Numbered from the stretch's first letter, positions 1 to 11,425 are shown. The stretch: DNA of 64,000 nt from Octopus sinensis (GCF_006345805.1 NC_043000.1:5208001-5272000); one strand, 5' to 3'. A program made the numbers and translations. Notes: generated by a model from the sequence alone, not told the origin.

Positions 1-159
1 GGCGTTTAAACAATACATGTACATAAAATATGTGATATTAACAATGTTTGCATTATAGAGCTGCTTCTAATAAATAATTTCAATTTATACATACATACAT
101 ACATACATATGTACAGACACATATATGTATGTTATGTATTCAGATATTTATGTGTGTGT

Positions 160-368
160 GCATATATTATATATAGATAGATATAGATATATACTTATAT
201 ATCTATATATATACACATACATTCATGTATAGATATATATATATATATATATATATATGTACGCATAGATATATATATATATATATATACACACATACAT
301 ATATGTATATATATACACATACATATATGGATATATACACATACATATATATATACACATACATACAA

Positions 369-399
<31 letters not shown>

Positions 400-436
400 C
401 ATATCTATACATACATATATATACATACATCTATAT

Positions 437-495
<59 letters not shown>

Positions 496-607
496 CCTAT
501 CTATCTATCTATATATATATATGTATATATATATTACATATATATACACACACATACGTACATATATATATGTGTTCACATACATATATATATATATACA
601 TATATAT
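160..607. repeat. Compound (TA)n/(CA)n microsatellite field
   Basis: Directly visible; source of the YI/IY ORFs. Confidence 0.95.
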
Positions 608-1085
608 GAATTTACCATTTCTTTTCTTTTTGCCTAGACACAAAGAGTAAGCAAATGTTTGTGTCTGTGAGGACACTTACCATAAAATAAACAAGATGAA
701 GTCATACAGGAAGCAAGAATGGTTTGATTGAAAACATAGGTCAGTATTTCTTTGAGGGAAATAATGAGAATTTAATATTAATGTCTTCCATAAGAAACTG
801 CATTGTTTTATTATTAAATTATAAAATGTTCTGTGTGGTTTGGGCTTCTAGAAAACTTGGCTGAAACATAATTTCTGATAAGTCATATAAACATTTATTA
901 CGCATTACACATGTGTAATAAATGTGGGACTCTTTTTGTGGTAGTTTAAACTTGTTAGGAATAGAAATAGCAACCAAATCTCCCTCCAAAAATACATTGC
1001 ACCCTATTTTTTTTAAACTCTTTTATTACTATGTTTCTGTTGAGACAAACACAAATGCAGAAACATACACACGTACATGCATATA

Positions 1086-1503
1086 GGAACAGGAGTGGCT
1101 GTGTGGTAAGTAGCTTGCTTACGAACCACATGGTTCCAGGTTCAGTCACACTGCGTGGCACCTTGGGCAAGTATCTTCTACTATAGCCTTAGGCCAACCA
1201 AAGTCTTGTGAGTGGATTTGGTAGACGGAAACTGAAAAGAAGCCCGTCGTGTATATGTATACGGACGTTAAATGATGATGATGATGATGATGATGATGAT
1301 GTATATGTGTGTTTGTGTTTGTTCCCCTAACATCACTTGACAACCGATGCTGGTGTGTTTATGTCCCCGTAACTTAGCGGTTCGGCAAAAGAGACCGATA
1401 GAATAAGTACTGGGCTTATAAAGAATAAGTCCTGGGGTCGATTTGCTCGACTGAAGGCGGTGCTCCTGCATGGCCACAGCCAAATGATTGAAACAAGTAA
1501 AAG
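1086..1503 (+). mobile_element. SINE family A, full-length (tRNA-like head, internal microsatellite, ...gactgaaacaagtaaaag tail)
   Basis: Head ggagtggctgtgtggtaag (A box) and ggttcagtc (B box-like); near-identical copies at 31716, 44851, 51836. Confidence 0.85.
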
Positions 1504-1828
1504 GGTATCCATACATACATACAGGCCTACATAAATGTATACAGACATAGGTGCATGTTTTAGTACAAAACATCCACCCCCAACCTATTGACAGATATGC
1601 AGTTCACACGTATTGGCATATTGGCATAAACAGTTATTGGAACTAATATCTCTGTTATCACGTAGCTAATTAGTATTATTTATATGTTGTTTCGAGACTA
1701 ATATTGAATTTTTATTGCATATTTATACATTTATGGCTGTTGCATATGAGAAATACGTGGGAGAATTTGTGTATCTTTACATGTGAAATAGAATAGATAC
1801 GTTTATCTGTGATGTATCTTAATTTTCA

Positions 1829-2280
1829 TGTGTGTGTGTTAGTGTGTGTATGTGAATATGTGTGTGTGTGTGTGTGCGTGTGTGTGTGCATGGGGTTATA
1901 TGTGAGTGTAAATGTGCGAGTGTGTATGTGTAATTGTGTATGTATGTATGTGTGTGTGTGTGAGTGTGTGTGCATATACATGTGTTTGTGTTTGTGGATG
2001 TTTGTGTATGTGTGAGAATGTGCATGTATATGTGAATGTATGTATGTGGGTGTATGTCTATGTGTGTGTATGCTTGTGTATGTGCATCTATGTGAGAATG
2101 TTTTTATGTGAGTGTGTGTATGTTTCTGTATGTATATGTTTGTGTATGAATGTGTGTATATGGGGCTGTATATACATATGTGAGTGTTTGTGTATATATG
2201 TGTATATGTCTATGTGCATTTATGTGTATGTATCTGTGTAAGTGTATCTATGAGTGTGTTTGTTACTTCTGAGTGAGTGC
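1829..2280. repeat. Degenerate (TG)n/(TGTA)n microsatellite
   Basis: Directly visible. Confidence 0.9.
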
Positions 2281-2974
2281 ACATGAAGTTCAGTCAAGTA
2301 TGAATGTGTGTGATAAAACTTTTTATTTATTCTAAAGAGTTATAGAAAATCTAGTTGCTATTTCTAGCAGGTTGTATGACCTCACAACAGACAGATTTCC
2401 TTGTTGGCTTGTAGATTAATAGGATGAATTAATGTCAGAAATTTACTTATAAAATCAAAATAAACTATAAAAAAAACTCTTAAAAACCAAAACAAAAACA
2501 AATAAAATAACATATTAAAACTATGTAAAATATAAAAATCTATTGATGTTATTTAATTTGATTTTGCTGTCATCGTGTTTCTTTAGAAAGTTGTTCTTTA
2601 CTTCAAACATAATTACAACTGAATTGTCAAAAAAAATGTTTGTTTTTCGCACTCTCTGATTCTCATCAACAAAATTCTCTCCTTTTTTAAATAGAGCTAT
2701 TCTAATCTGGAAAAATTTCCTTGACGGTTTCTTCACTCGACTATATCCATACAAAAATTGCGTCATCATTTAATCAGAAATGTTACTTAAATGTTAAAAA
2801 AAAAAATCTCTCTCCTCTAACATCATAGTGCTAAATAGTAAAGTTCAGTGGATGGTGGCAGTCGTGATAGGAGAGTTTGTAAAAGAGATTCATAGTCAAT
2901 TATTATTATTATTATTATTATTATTTTTATTTTCTTAATTTTTTTATTATTATTATGAATATTATTATTATTAA

Positions 2975-3190
2975 GGCAGTGAGCTGGTAGAGTTGTTAGC
3001 ACACTGGGTAAAATGCTTAGCGATATTTCGTCTACCACTACGTTCTAAGTTCAAATTCTGCTATGGTCGACTTTTGCCTTTCATCCTTTCGTGGTCGATT
3101 AAATAAGTACCAGTTACGCACTAGGGTCGATATAATCGACTTAATCCCTCCCCCCAAATTTGAAACCTTGTGCTTCCATTATAAAGGATT
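2975..3190 (+). mobile_element. SINE family B
   Basis: ggcagtgagctggtaga...gttcaaattc head, gtcgactttgcctttcatcctttc core shared with 16772 and 26737; flanked by (TTA)n. Confidence 0.8.
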
Positions 3191-3213
3191 ATTATTATTA
3201 TTAATTATTATCA

Positions 3214-3266
<53 letters not shown>

Positions 3267-3564
3267 TGCTACTTCTTTTAGTTTTTAAAAAGGCTTTTAG
3301 AGGTTCTCACTCATATCTATTTTTATGTTACATTCGTGTGTGTGTGTGTGTGTGTGTGTGTGATTAAAATCATTAACTGTATATTTTGCATTGCATATGC
3401 TTTTGCACATATTCAATACTGTTATAAAACATTTATCGTAGACTTGTCATTAGTCTAAATACTCTAATTGTATCCATTATTTATTTATTGTGTTCTCTTG
3501 TGATAGATATTACCTCATTTACAACTTTATAGAAACGTATTACACTCAAACATGTATGTCTCAA

Positions 3565-3742
3565 GGAGCCAGGGGCTGCTCCAGGCTCCAGTCTTATCTG
3601 GCAGTGTTTCTATAGGGCATCCAGCTGTAGAAACACTGCCAGATCAGACTGGAGCCTGGAGCAGCCCCTGGCTCCCCAGACCCCGGTCGAACCATCCAAC
3701 TCGTGCTAGCGCGGAAAACAGACATTAAACGATGATGATGAT
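3565..3742 (+). mobile_element. RTE-LINE 3' tail (family D) with 5' inverted duplication
   Basis: ggcatccagctgtagaaac...gacattaaacgatgatgatg tail as at 26140 and 33405; 48-bp inverted arm at 3565-3612. Confidence 0.75.
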
Positions 3743-3806
3743 ATATATGTATGTATATATATACATATATATATATATATACACACACACATATATATAT
3801 ATATAT

Positions 3807-3837
<31 letters not shown>

Positions 3838-3838
3838 C

Positions 3839-3915
<77 letters not shown>

Positions 3916-4319
3916 TATATGTACAGATACTTACATGTATGTATGTATGTATGTATGTATGGTTGTATGTACGTATGTATTGTAATTGTTGTTATTGTCT
4001 TAGTGTCCATTTTTCCATGCTTGCAAAAATATAAAAAATTACATAACACTTAATAGTTGTAGAGATTTTCCGTCTTAACATGAGTTAGATGAATATATCA
4101 TTGAGGCAACATATTATTTACAGCTGGGTGCTCTTCCTGTCACTAAGTCTTCTCTATGTTTCTTGTACTAGATGATTTGTTGACAGCGGTAATGACAGCA
4201 ATGTCACCACTTATAGTTCATTGAGTTTTTTTAGAGATTCACAAAAGCAAACACACAAACATCCATCCAAATACATTCATATGTAGAAACATTCAACTAT
4301 ATAATATACAAAAGGTAAT

Positions 4320-4525
4320 ATATTAAACAAACAACAAGGGAACAAAAAATTATGTAATGACTTCATTAGCTTACAGCTGTTTCTCTGACAAAAAGCAATA
4401 CACCCATAGCCAAGTTCCTGCGTATCATGTTATAGGTTTCATATATATCATTGCTATTATGCAAAAGTGTTGTAAGTCCAAAATGTTGCTTTTTCAGAAA
4501 ACAAAAAAATAGTTTCATCATTCTA
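4320..4525 (-). mobile_element. Degenerate PLE-like fragment with hammerhead remnant
   Basis: Minus strand GAAACAGCTGTA (4383-4372), same as the 49.9 kb HHR; upstream ATGATGA at 4521-4515. Confidence 0.4.
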
Positions 4526-4611
4526 TAGTAAAACTGTTGTACTGCACTTTGACAATTTTTGGTATATTGACATCTGACGCAGCTGGAGATATAATAGTTT
4601 GACCAAAAGAA

Positions 4612-4864
4612 CTGGCTATTGCAGTCATCCATGCATACCAGTCTCCTACTCTCCATGCCACCGATGTTATCCAAGGGAAAGGCAAAGGCTGATACAGCTT
4701 GGCACCAGTGACGTTGCAACTCATTTCTACAGTTGAGTGAACTGGACCAACTTGAAATAAAGTGTTTTGCTCTAGAATACAACACAGAACCCAGTCCAGG
4801 AATTGAACTCACTACCTCATGATTGTGAGCCCGACACTCTAACTACTGAGCCATGCGCCTTCAC
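4612..4864 (-). mobile_element. SINE family C (variant body 1)
   Basis: Minus head gaaggcgcatggctcagtagttagagtgtcgggctc...gagttcaattcc; same body at 13945-14270. Confidence 0.8.
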
Positions 4865-4898
4865 TATGTATGAAATTTTTCACTTTTCATCTGGCAAA

Positions 4899-4979
4899 TT
4901 AAGAGGCTATTGAATTCTTAAAGGACATTGCCATTCTCAAAGGCTTCCTTGAGGAACCAGAAATTATTATTGATCACAA
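4899..4979 (+). repeat. 81-bp direct repeat, copy 1
   Basis: Matches 6079-6159 with 4 mismatches. Confidence 0.9.
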
Positions 4980-6078
4980 AATCCTCTCACAAAGTTTTGG
5001 TTAGCTTGGAGCTATAGTAGTTGTAGAAGTAGCAGAAGGCACTTGCCTTAGGTGTTAGGTAGTGGAACCAAACCCCAAATCACTTGTATAGCGAACAATC
5101 ATCTTAACCACACAGCCATGTCGGTGCCTTTCTGTATTCATGAAATAATATGAATTAGCTTCTCATTGGTTTTATGGTCACTATTTCCTTCTCTCTCTCT
5201 TTCTCTCTCTCACACTGTTCCCTTCTCTTCTGTGCACATATGTGTGTGTGTGTATGAGCAGAGAGAGGGGGGAGAAGGAGATGGAATATCACCTGTAATG
5301 GTATCATCTTCTAGTTCAACTGTCAGTTGACAAGTTAAAGATCACTTCTAACAACAGTCTTTAATAATGCTCAGTATTCTCTCTCTCTCTTTCTCTTTCT
5401 CTCTCTCCCTCTCTCTCTCTCTCTTTGTCTCTCTCTCTCTTTGTCTCTCTCTCTTTGTCTCTCTTTCTTTCTCTCACGCTCATATTTTCTCCATTATCAA
5501 ACAGTCTGCAATATGAATTATTTCTATGGTTCAACATCATAGGATATTAAGTTGTGTATTCAGATATTCTAAATTATTTCCCACAAGAGGACATAATTAT
5601 TAAGCGACAAATAAAAAAAGACAAAAAGCAAAAATAAAATGAAAAAGGAAATATAAAAACAAAGAAAAGGCTAGTGGAATATAGAATGTGGACTGTGGAA
5701 GAGAAAATAATAGAAGCAAAATGAAAATTGAGAAATTAGAAGGCACAAAAATAAAACCATAAAAAGAACGAAAATTCATGAAAAAATTATCAATTCACCA
5801 AAAACAGAGTAACATAAAATATGTATGATTGTATCTAAATGTTCTTTCATATTTCCATAATACTCCTAACTATACATGCATGTGCATGGACACACATGCA
5901 CACACTCACACAACAACCTACAAATGCATATATAATTACACACAGCTAAACACACACGTACACACAAATTCTAAGACGAACAATTACATACATATGCATG
6001 TAAAATCCCAATGAGAGATATACTTTTTTTTTTTGAATCTCCTGATAATAAGAATATATTGTTGGAATCAATTCCATC

Positions 6079-6159
6079 TTAAGAGGCTATTGAATTCTTA
6101 AAGGACATCACCATTCTCAAAGGCTTCCTCAAGGAACCAGAAATTATTATTGATCACAA
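6079..6159 (+). repeat. 81-bp direct repeat, copy 2
   Basis: Matches 4899-4979. Confidence 0.9.
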
Positions 6160-6334
6160 CTATACATCCCGGACGCCAGGAATCAATATGTAATTTTCAT
6201 AACTTAAACTTCTTTTCTTGCCATCTTAAAACTTCCCCAAAAACAGAAAAACAGGCAGTTAACAAAGGGGAAATAATGAGTGAATAAATAAATAAATAAA
6301 TGAAAAAAACAAAGCCAAAGTTTTATAGGATATA

Positions 6335-6850
6335 TCATCATCATCATTATTATCATCATCATCATCATTTAATGTCCGTTTTCCATGCAGGCATGATTTA
6401 GACAGTTTGATGAAGCTGGCCTGCTGGAGAACTGTCCAGGTTCCATTTCTCTGTTTTTGGCATGGTTTCTACAGCTGGATACCCTTCCAATCACTTTACA
6501 TTTACAGAGTGCACTGGATGCTTTTTATGCGACACCAGTACGGGCGCTTCATGTATGGCACCCACATGGGTGCTTTCTTTATACATGGAACTGGAACAAG
6601 TACTTTACATGTGGCACTTGCATGGGTGCTATATATGTGGAAATAGCATGAGAGTTTTATAAGTGGCACCAGCCCAGGGAGCTTTATTATTGGAACCACC
6701 TCGAGTGCTTTATATGTGACACTGGCATGGAAGTTTTATATTTGGCTCCAGACAGTTGCTTTTCTACATGGCACAGACAAGGGTGCTTTTATGCGACACC
6801 AGCACTCGTGAGCCTGCAGGAGAAGGACCTCTTGGTTGACAGAGGGATGA
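6335..6850 (-). mobile_element. RTE-LINE 3' UTR (family D) with internal ~24-25 bp minisatellite
   Basis: (CAT)n-ttaatgtccgttttccatgc end on plus; repeated gtgctttt.a.gtggcacc.gca units 6518-6805. Confidence 0.7.
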
Positions 6851-6856
6851 GCCTAC

Positions 6857-6928
<72 letters not shown>

Positions 6929-6934
6929 ATATAT

Positions 6935-6988
<54 letters not shown>

Positions 6989-6989
<1 letters not shown>

Positions 6990-7205
6990 CTTCTTTGTAT
7001 ACTTACTAACTGAACATAACAAATTCGTATGTCCCAGAGTTGAAAAATTATATGCCTTTAGCTTTAGAATCTGACGAGCCATCCATGGGGCTAGGCCCTT
7101 TATGGATGTGAAACCATTGGTCACTCTATGATGGGACATATACTTAACTGCAAATAAATACATTACTTCTCTATACTTTAAAGTATGCTTCTTTTTCATT
7201 GATGA
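6989..7205 (+). mobile_element. Short PLE/retrozyme-like element in a (TA)n array
   Basis: Non-repetitive ~215 bp between (TA)n tracts; carries an HHR followed by AATAAA at 7153-7158. Confidence 0.6.
7065..7128 (+). ncRNA. Type I hammerhead ribozyme
   Basis: CTGACGA 7071-7077; helix II CATCCAT/ATGGATG plus GGGC/GCCC; GAAA 7110-7113; helix III ACC-att-GGT; GTC cleavage triplet ending 7122; helix I tagaat/actcta with 1 mismatch. Confidence 0.75.
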
Positions 7206-7224
7206 TATATATATATATATATAT

Positions 7225-7560
7225 TATTGAAATGGATAAATGAATTATCTTGTTACGGATTATTCAAATTATAACCGATACCTGGGTAGCAAAAATCACA
7301 ACAGAAAAATCACGGTTGAGGTTACGACCATGGGGTATCGCAACCGTGCCTTAGTGCGGATAATTGAAGTTTTATATATTTAGTGAGGGAAGAAATGGAG
7401 CTGAACGAAGATTTTACAAAATTCCTTTTTATTATTTTCTACACATTTTTGTAGGGAATTTGTAGGGAATTTGCAGCCTTTGAAACATGTGTAGAAAATA
7501 ATAAAAAGGAATTTTGTAAAATCTTCGTTCAGCTCCATTTCTTCCCTCACTAAATATATA
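7225..7560. mobile_element. PLE-like fold-back element (74-bp perfect inverted repeat plus one-sided extension)
   Basis: 7373-7446 is the exact reverse complement of 7487-7560; bounded by (TA)n; HHR 3' half GAAACATGTGTA then AATAAA. Confidence 0.65.
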
Positions 7561-8318
7561 TATATATTAGAAGCCAGTTAAGATCAACTCTGTCATTACT
7601 CAACATTTCATATAATCACACATATACAAGATATGTGACTGTTATCTGTCTTTCCAATAAGTATAAGCTCTATTTCATGTACTGAGTGTATTTTCTCTTT
7701 TCTTCCATTTGTATGCGTATACACAATCACACACGCATATTTTTTCCATTCATTTCCATGTTCATTTTTTTTTTTTTTTGCATTCCAGAGTTCCTGAGTT
7801 CTAATAGCAGTCTAAGATCTGTTGTCATTGTCATCGTCGATGGATGACGATGATGAAGATGACGGATGACAATGACAGATGACAATGATGGCAGATGACA
7901 ACGACAAACATAGTAATCTTTTTCCTCTGGAACACCACAGTTAACCCCTCTAGTACCCAGTTTTTCTCCCAGCCCTACTGTACCTTTGCCACTTATGTAC
8001 ACACCCAAGTTAAATTACACAACCATTGTGCTTCTTACTCATCCAATGGAACAGGTTCATATCCAAGTCTTCAAAGATCCTCGGCATTCAACACCCATGT
8101 CTTCTCCCATACAAACGAGGACTCGATATACATCTCTATGTAATAATAGCTGATATAAATGTTAGTTGGTTGGTTGATTCTGTAGTCTTGAATTATATTG
8201 TATAGAAACAGGGGGGAGGAAGAGTAAAAGGGGGACAGAGGATGTTAGCATACGAAAAATTAAAGCTGATAGAGTAATGCTGGAACTGACAAGCAGTGGG
8301 AGGATGGTGCTAAGGATG

Positions 8319-8711
8319 TAATGACATGCATAAGATCTGGTCATCAAATCTAAGTAGAGACTTCAAACTTGAAATCTTCAAAGCCACAGTCGAACCAATT
8401 CTACTATATGGCTCAGAAACCTGGACGTTATCAAAGAAGCTTGAGAGGCAGTTGGATGGAACCTACTCTCGCCTCCTTATGAGAGCTCAAAATCTCTCGT
8501 GGAAGCGCCATCCAACCAAAATGCAAATATATGGGAAACTACCACCTGTGTCATCTCTTGTGAAAGGTAGTGGAGTCCAGTTTGCTGGACATTGTTGTAG
8601 AGCTGAAAAAGAGGTAATATCTTCTCTTCTCCTCTGATGGACCGTGAAGTCTGGCGTAGCATGGTAAATTCCATTGTCTCAACCACGGTTGAACAATGAT
8701 GATGATGATGA
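8319..8711 (+). mobile_element. 5'-truncated RTE-clade LINE, ORF C-terminal fragment
   Basis: ORF 8326-8637 KLEIFKATVEPILLYGSETWTL...FAGHCCR; terminal MDREVWRSMV; (GAT)n tail; TSD tgctaaggatg at 8308-8318 and 8712-8722. Confidence 0.9.
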
Positions 8712-8919
8712 TGCTAAGGATGATAATATATACCTAGTCCATGGCTGCCAAATATACACTCTCACACACACATGATCTTCTGTCCATCACACACACAGGG
8801 CTATGTAGACTTATAAGTTCTTTACTTCTTCCTACCAACTGCTTATCAGGTTTATCCTTCTTTTTAAATTGTAGTTATATTTTGTTGTGTGTGTATGTAT
8901 GAGTGTGATTGCATGTAAG

Positions 8920-9052
8920 TGTGTGTGTGTGAGCATGTGTTGTGTGTGTGTGTGAGCATGTGTGTGTGTGTGTGTGAGCATGTGTGTGTGTGTGTGTGAG
9001 CATGTGTGTGTGTGTGTGTGAGCATGTGTGTGTGTGTGAGCATGTGTGTGTG
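8920..9052. repeat. Compound (TG)n-AGCA repeat
   Basis: Repeated units of (tg)n agca. Confidence 0.9.
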
Positions 9053-9995
9053 CATATATATGTATTTGTGACTGTTTACAAATGGTAGCAAAAACATTCT
9101 TCCAAAGTTACTTGTCATAACACTCTAGTATTATCTAGGAGTAACACTCTAATATTGCATATATTTTAATAAAAAATATAAATAAATATATAATAAAATG
9201 TTGTATTTTGGTTTTGGAGTTCCCAACCAACAGATTCTTACTATATAAATCTTGATATGTAAAGAGAAGAAAGCAGTTGAATAATTTGGCAGAATTCAGC
9301 ACATTTCTGTGAATGGCATTTCAAAGAAACAAAGATCAACTTGGTAACTTTTGCTATGAACAACTCATTTTTGAAAGCCCTTTTCTTATCCTCAGGTTTA
9401 GGATGTGGTGCATTTCATATCACATCTTAAAATAGCAAGGAACTATAGCTGTTTGAGGGTAGAATTTTTAAGCACTCAGAATTAGCAGGCCCTTATAGTA
9501 ACGACAAAAATAGAAATTCCCTTATTGGCTGGCTCACTAAATCTATTATAAAGCTGAAGGTAATAACATGATTAAGACAAAAAAAAAAGAGAGAGAGAGA
9601 GAGAGAAACCCTCACTAAATCCTTCTTGCATAGCTCAGTGATCAAGCAAAAAAAAAAAAAAAAACCAGAAAAAAGAAACCTAAAGCTACCTATAAAAAGC
9701 AGGTAACTTAAAGTATCAGTTTCTAAAAGTACCTATCACTTCCAAAAACATACACACACACATATACACTCACTCCTCACTCACATTCTTTAATCCCATC
9801 AAGCTAACCTAACAACAAATGCTAGGTAAGTAGAAAGTAGTAGAGTGGGTGGATAGAAAGATCAAGTGAGGTGCTCTTATAGCATTAGCATTGTATTTAG
9901 ATATGAAAACTGTTTAGCCTGGAACTGAAGATGCTGACAGTTCACAGATGCCAAATCTGGCCGAATGCCATTTCAGACAGGAGCAGCAGCACACA

Positions 9996-10072
9996 TCTAT
10001 CTATCTATCTATCTATCCATCCATCCATCCATCCACCCACCCATCCACCCACCCACCCACCTACCTACATAC

Positions 10073-10122
<50 letters not shown>

Positions 10123-10196
10123 CTCTATCTATCTACCTACCTATCTTTCTATCTATCTATCTATTTATCTATCTATCTATACATCTATCCATCTAT

Positions 10197-10269
<73 letters not shown>

Positions 10270-10500
10270 ATATATATACATACACATATAAGATACACAC
10301 ACACATATACTCACACATACATGCATGGACATACATATATTTATACATATATGCACAAATATATACATACACACACATGCATATATATATATATATAATA
10401 TATATATATATATAAGCATATATACTATATATATATAAGCATATATATATATAGTATAAGCATATATATTATATACAAATACACTTATATACATACATGC
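9996..10500. repeat. (CTAT)n/(CCAT)n/(TA)n microsatellite field
   Basis: Directly visible. Confidence 0.95.
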
Positions 10501-10763
10501 ATACGTGCTCTTTACTTGTTTCAGTCATTTGACTTTTAATCCATTGGGTTCTCCTTGTGTGAGTTTGTATCTCATCTTTGTTAATCCTTTTATTGTTTGT
10601 CCATTCCATACCAACAGGGAAAATGGGCATAAAATGTTGATGATGATGTTGATATATAAATCAATCAATGTATGTATATATAAGTATATGTACATGCCCC
10701 CCCCACACACACACATATATTTACACATGTAAATTTGCATACATATATGAATACACACACACA

Positions 10764-11050
10764 CGTAAAGCGTGGGATGAAGTGGTGAAAAAGTGTGTCC
10801 GGACACTGAGACTCACCAAAGAAATGACTCAGGACCATGAGATGTGGCGATTTGCTCCACTTGACAAGACATGTCAAGCTAAGTATAGGCTGGTTCTTTC
10901 AGGTGTTGGTACCACTTAAAAAACACCTGTACCAGTGCTACATAAATGCATCCATGCTGGTAGCATGTAAAAAGCACAGAGTACACTCAGTTAAGGGAGA
11001 GCGATTGGAGTCTGGACAACTTTGCTAACCAGCTCCATTTCAGAACCATC
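10764..11050 (+). mobile_element. RTE-LINE 3' end: ORF terminus plus family D UTR
   Basis: RKAWDEVVKK..RTLRLTKEMTQDHEMWRFA resembles the RTE C-terminal W...V..D...DR..WR motif; followed by degenerate family D UTR. Confidence 0.7.
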
Positions 11051-11099
11051 CAACTCACATAAAGAATCTTGCAAACAAATCCCAAAACGAAATATATAA

Positions 11100-11137
<38 letters not shown>

Positions 11138-11141
<4 letters not shown>

Positions 11142-11295
11142 AGAATTCCCCCAAAAAACAAAAGATGAAGACAGGTGGTGTAGAAAACAAACAGATGTAT
11201 TAGTATAACACTCAGGAATTGAAAAAGTCTTTTACGTTTCGAGCCTACGCTCTTCTACAGAAAGGAACACAGAAAGAAACAAGTGTGTAGTGGCT

Positions 11296-11300
<5 letters not shown>
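11138..11300 (-). mobile_element. PLE-like short element with minimal hammerhead (11264-11229)
   Basis: Minus: cttt CTGTAGA A GAGCgtagGCTC GAAAC GTA aaag; flanked by (TA)n; homologous to 13731, 17435, 61425. Confidence 0.65.
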
Positions 11301-11333
<33 letters not shown>

Positions 11334-11390
11334 GTGCACACTCACACACACATATACACCCATATGTATAAATGTACTTCTGCACACTTC

Positions 11391-11425
<35 letters not shown>

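Noticed and set aside
2521-2769. 82-aa minus ORF in unique sequence
   Set aside because: AT-rich codons (K/N/F/I), no recognisable motif or convincing splice context
6518-6805. CRISPR-like periodicity (also 8920-9052 and 33420-33670)
   Set aside because: Degenerate tandem units without unique spacers; eukaryotic context, no cas genes
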